From: Hypanus sabinus
Lineage: Eukaryota
DNA: 64,000 bases
Direction: 5' to 3'
Assembly (NCBI RefSeq): GCF_030144855.1
Contig: NC_082713.1
Span: 61,070,001-61,134,000, forward strand
Shown here: one piece after another, positions 63,381 to 64,000 of the stretch
Position numbering within the stretch: the first letter of the stretch is position 1
Layout of the letters: the number at the start of each line of letters is the position of its first letter
Position numbers and translations under genes: made by a program
Notes under the pieces: model-generated
Told to the model about the DNA's origin: nothing
The model's database searches: none
The model's input: only the letters and a program-made list of their open reading frames with translations

Positions 63381-63382
63381 TG

Positions 63383-63420
63383 CTGTCAATGTTTCGGGCC
63401 GAGACCCTTCATCAGGACTA
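63383..63420 (-). ncRNA. Minimal type I hammerhead ribozyme motif (best preserved copy)
   Basis: Reverse complement is tagtc-CTGATGA-a-ggg-tctcgg-ccc-GAAA-cATT-gacag. Stems I and II pair; CGTCG appears decayed to CATTG. Confidence 0.7.
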
Positions 63421-63935
63421 AGTGAAAGGAAAGATAATAGAGATTTGAAAGTAGGAGGGGGAGGGGAAAATGCAAAATGATAGGAGAAGACCAGAGGGGG
63501 TGGGATGAAGCTAAGAGCTGGAAAGGTGATTGGTAAAAGGGATACAGAGCTAGAGAAGGGAAATGATCATGGGATGGGAGGCCTAGGGAAAAAGAAAGGG
63601 GGAGGGGAGCACCAGAGAGAGATGGAGAACAGGCAGAATGATGGGCAGAGAGAGAAAAAAAACTAAATTTATCAGGGATGGGGTAAGAAGGGGATGGGCA
63701 TTAATGGAAGTTCAAGAAGTCAATGTTCATGCCATCAGGTTGGAGGCTACCCAGCCGGTATATAAGGTGTTGTTCCTCCAACCTGAGTGTGGCTTCATGT
63801 TGACAGTACAGGAAGTCATGGTTAGACATATCAGAATGGGAATGGGGTGTGGAATTAAAATGTGTGGCCACTGGGAGATCCTGCTTTCTCTTGTGGACCG
63901 AGCATAGGTGGTCAGCGAAACAGTCTCCCAGTCTT
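63383..63935 (-). mobile_element. Penelope-like element 3' part (GIY-YIG C-terminus + 3' UTR)
   Basis: ORF 63701-63940: RLGDCFADHL..LPVATHFNS.PHSHSDM..RLEEQHLIYRLGSLQPDGMN. Confidence 0.88.
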
Positions 63936-64000
63936 ACCAATTTTTAATTTTAAGATCCCTGGCCCCCACCGCCTTATTTTCACCATGGACATCCAGTCCT

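Noticed and set aside
1-64000. CRISPR array, operon or prokaryotic/viral gene system
   Set aside because: No regularly spaced repeats or gene-dense region. The sequence is eukaryotic TE-rich non-coding DNA.

Overview
AT-rich, CpG-poor vertebrate intronic or intergenic DNA made mostly of decayed transposable elements. The repeat mix (CR1, Rex1/Babar, L2 and Tx1 LINEs, V-SINEs, Penelope-like ends) suggests a cartilaginous fish such as a ray; this is inference only. I found no intact host gene, rRNA, tRNA gene or CRISPR array. Nearly all listed ORFs are LINE, Gypsy or transposase fragments or their antisense shadows. Best-resolved structures: (1) a non-autonomous hAT (2975-4571, TIRs, 8-bp TSD) carrying two separate solo LTRs, each with its own 4-bp TSD, nested in a V-SINE inside an L2; (2) a 5'-deleted Gypsy provirus (22725-26025) with integrase before RT, the Gmr1-type order; (3) three more solo LTRs with exact TSDs; (4) Penelope-like ends with minimal hammerhead-ribozyme motifs, often in inverted pairs; (5) an inverted CR1 pair sharing the same frameshift deletion; (6) a few repeat-free islands with enhancer-like motifs and weak exon candidates. 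I cannot support a new multi-gene system. The hAT/double-LTR composite is the most unusual object. Boundaries of old LINE fragments are approximate; TSD-defined boundaries are exact.
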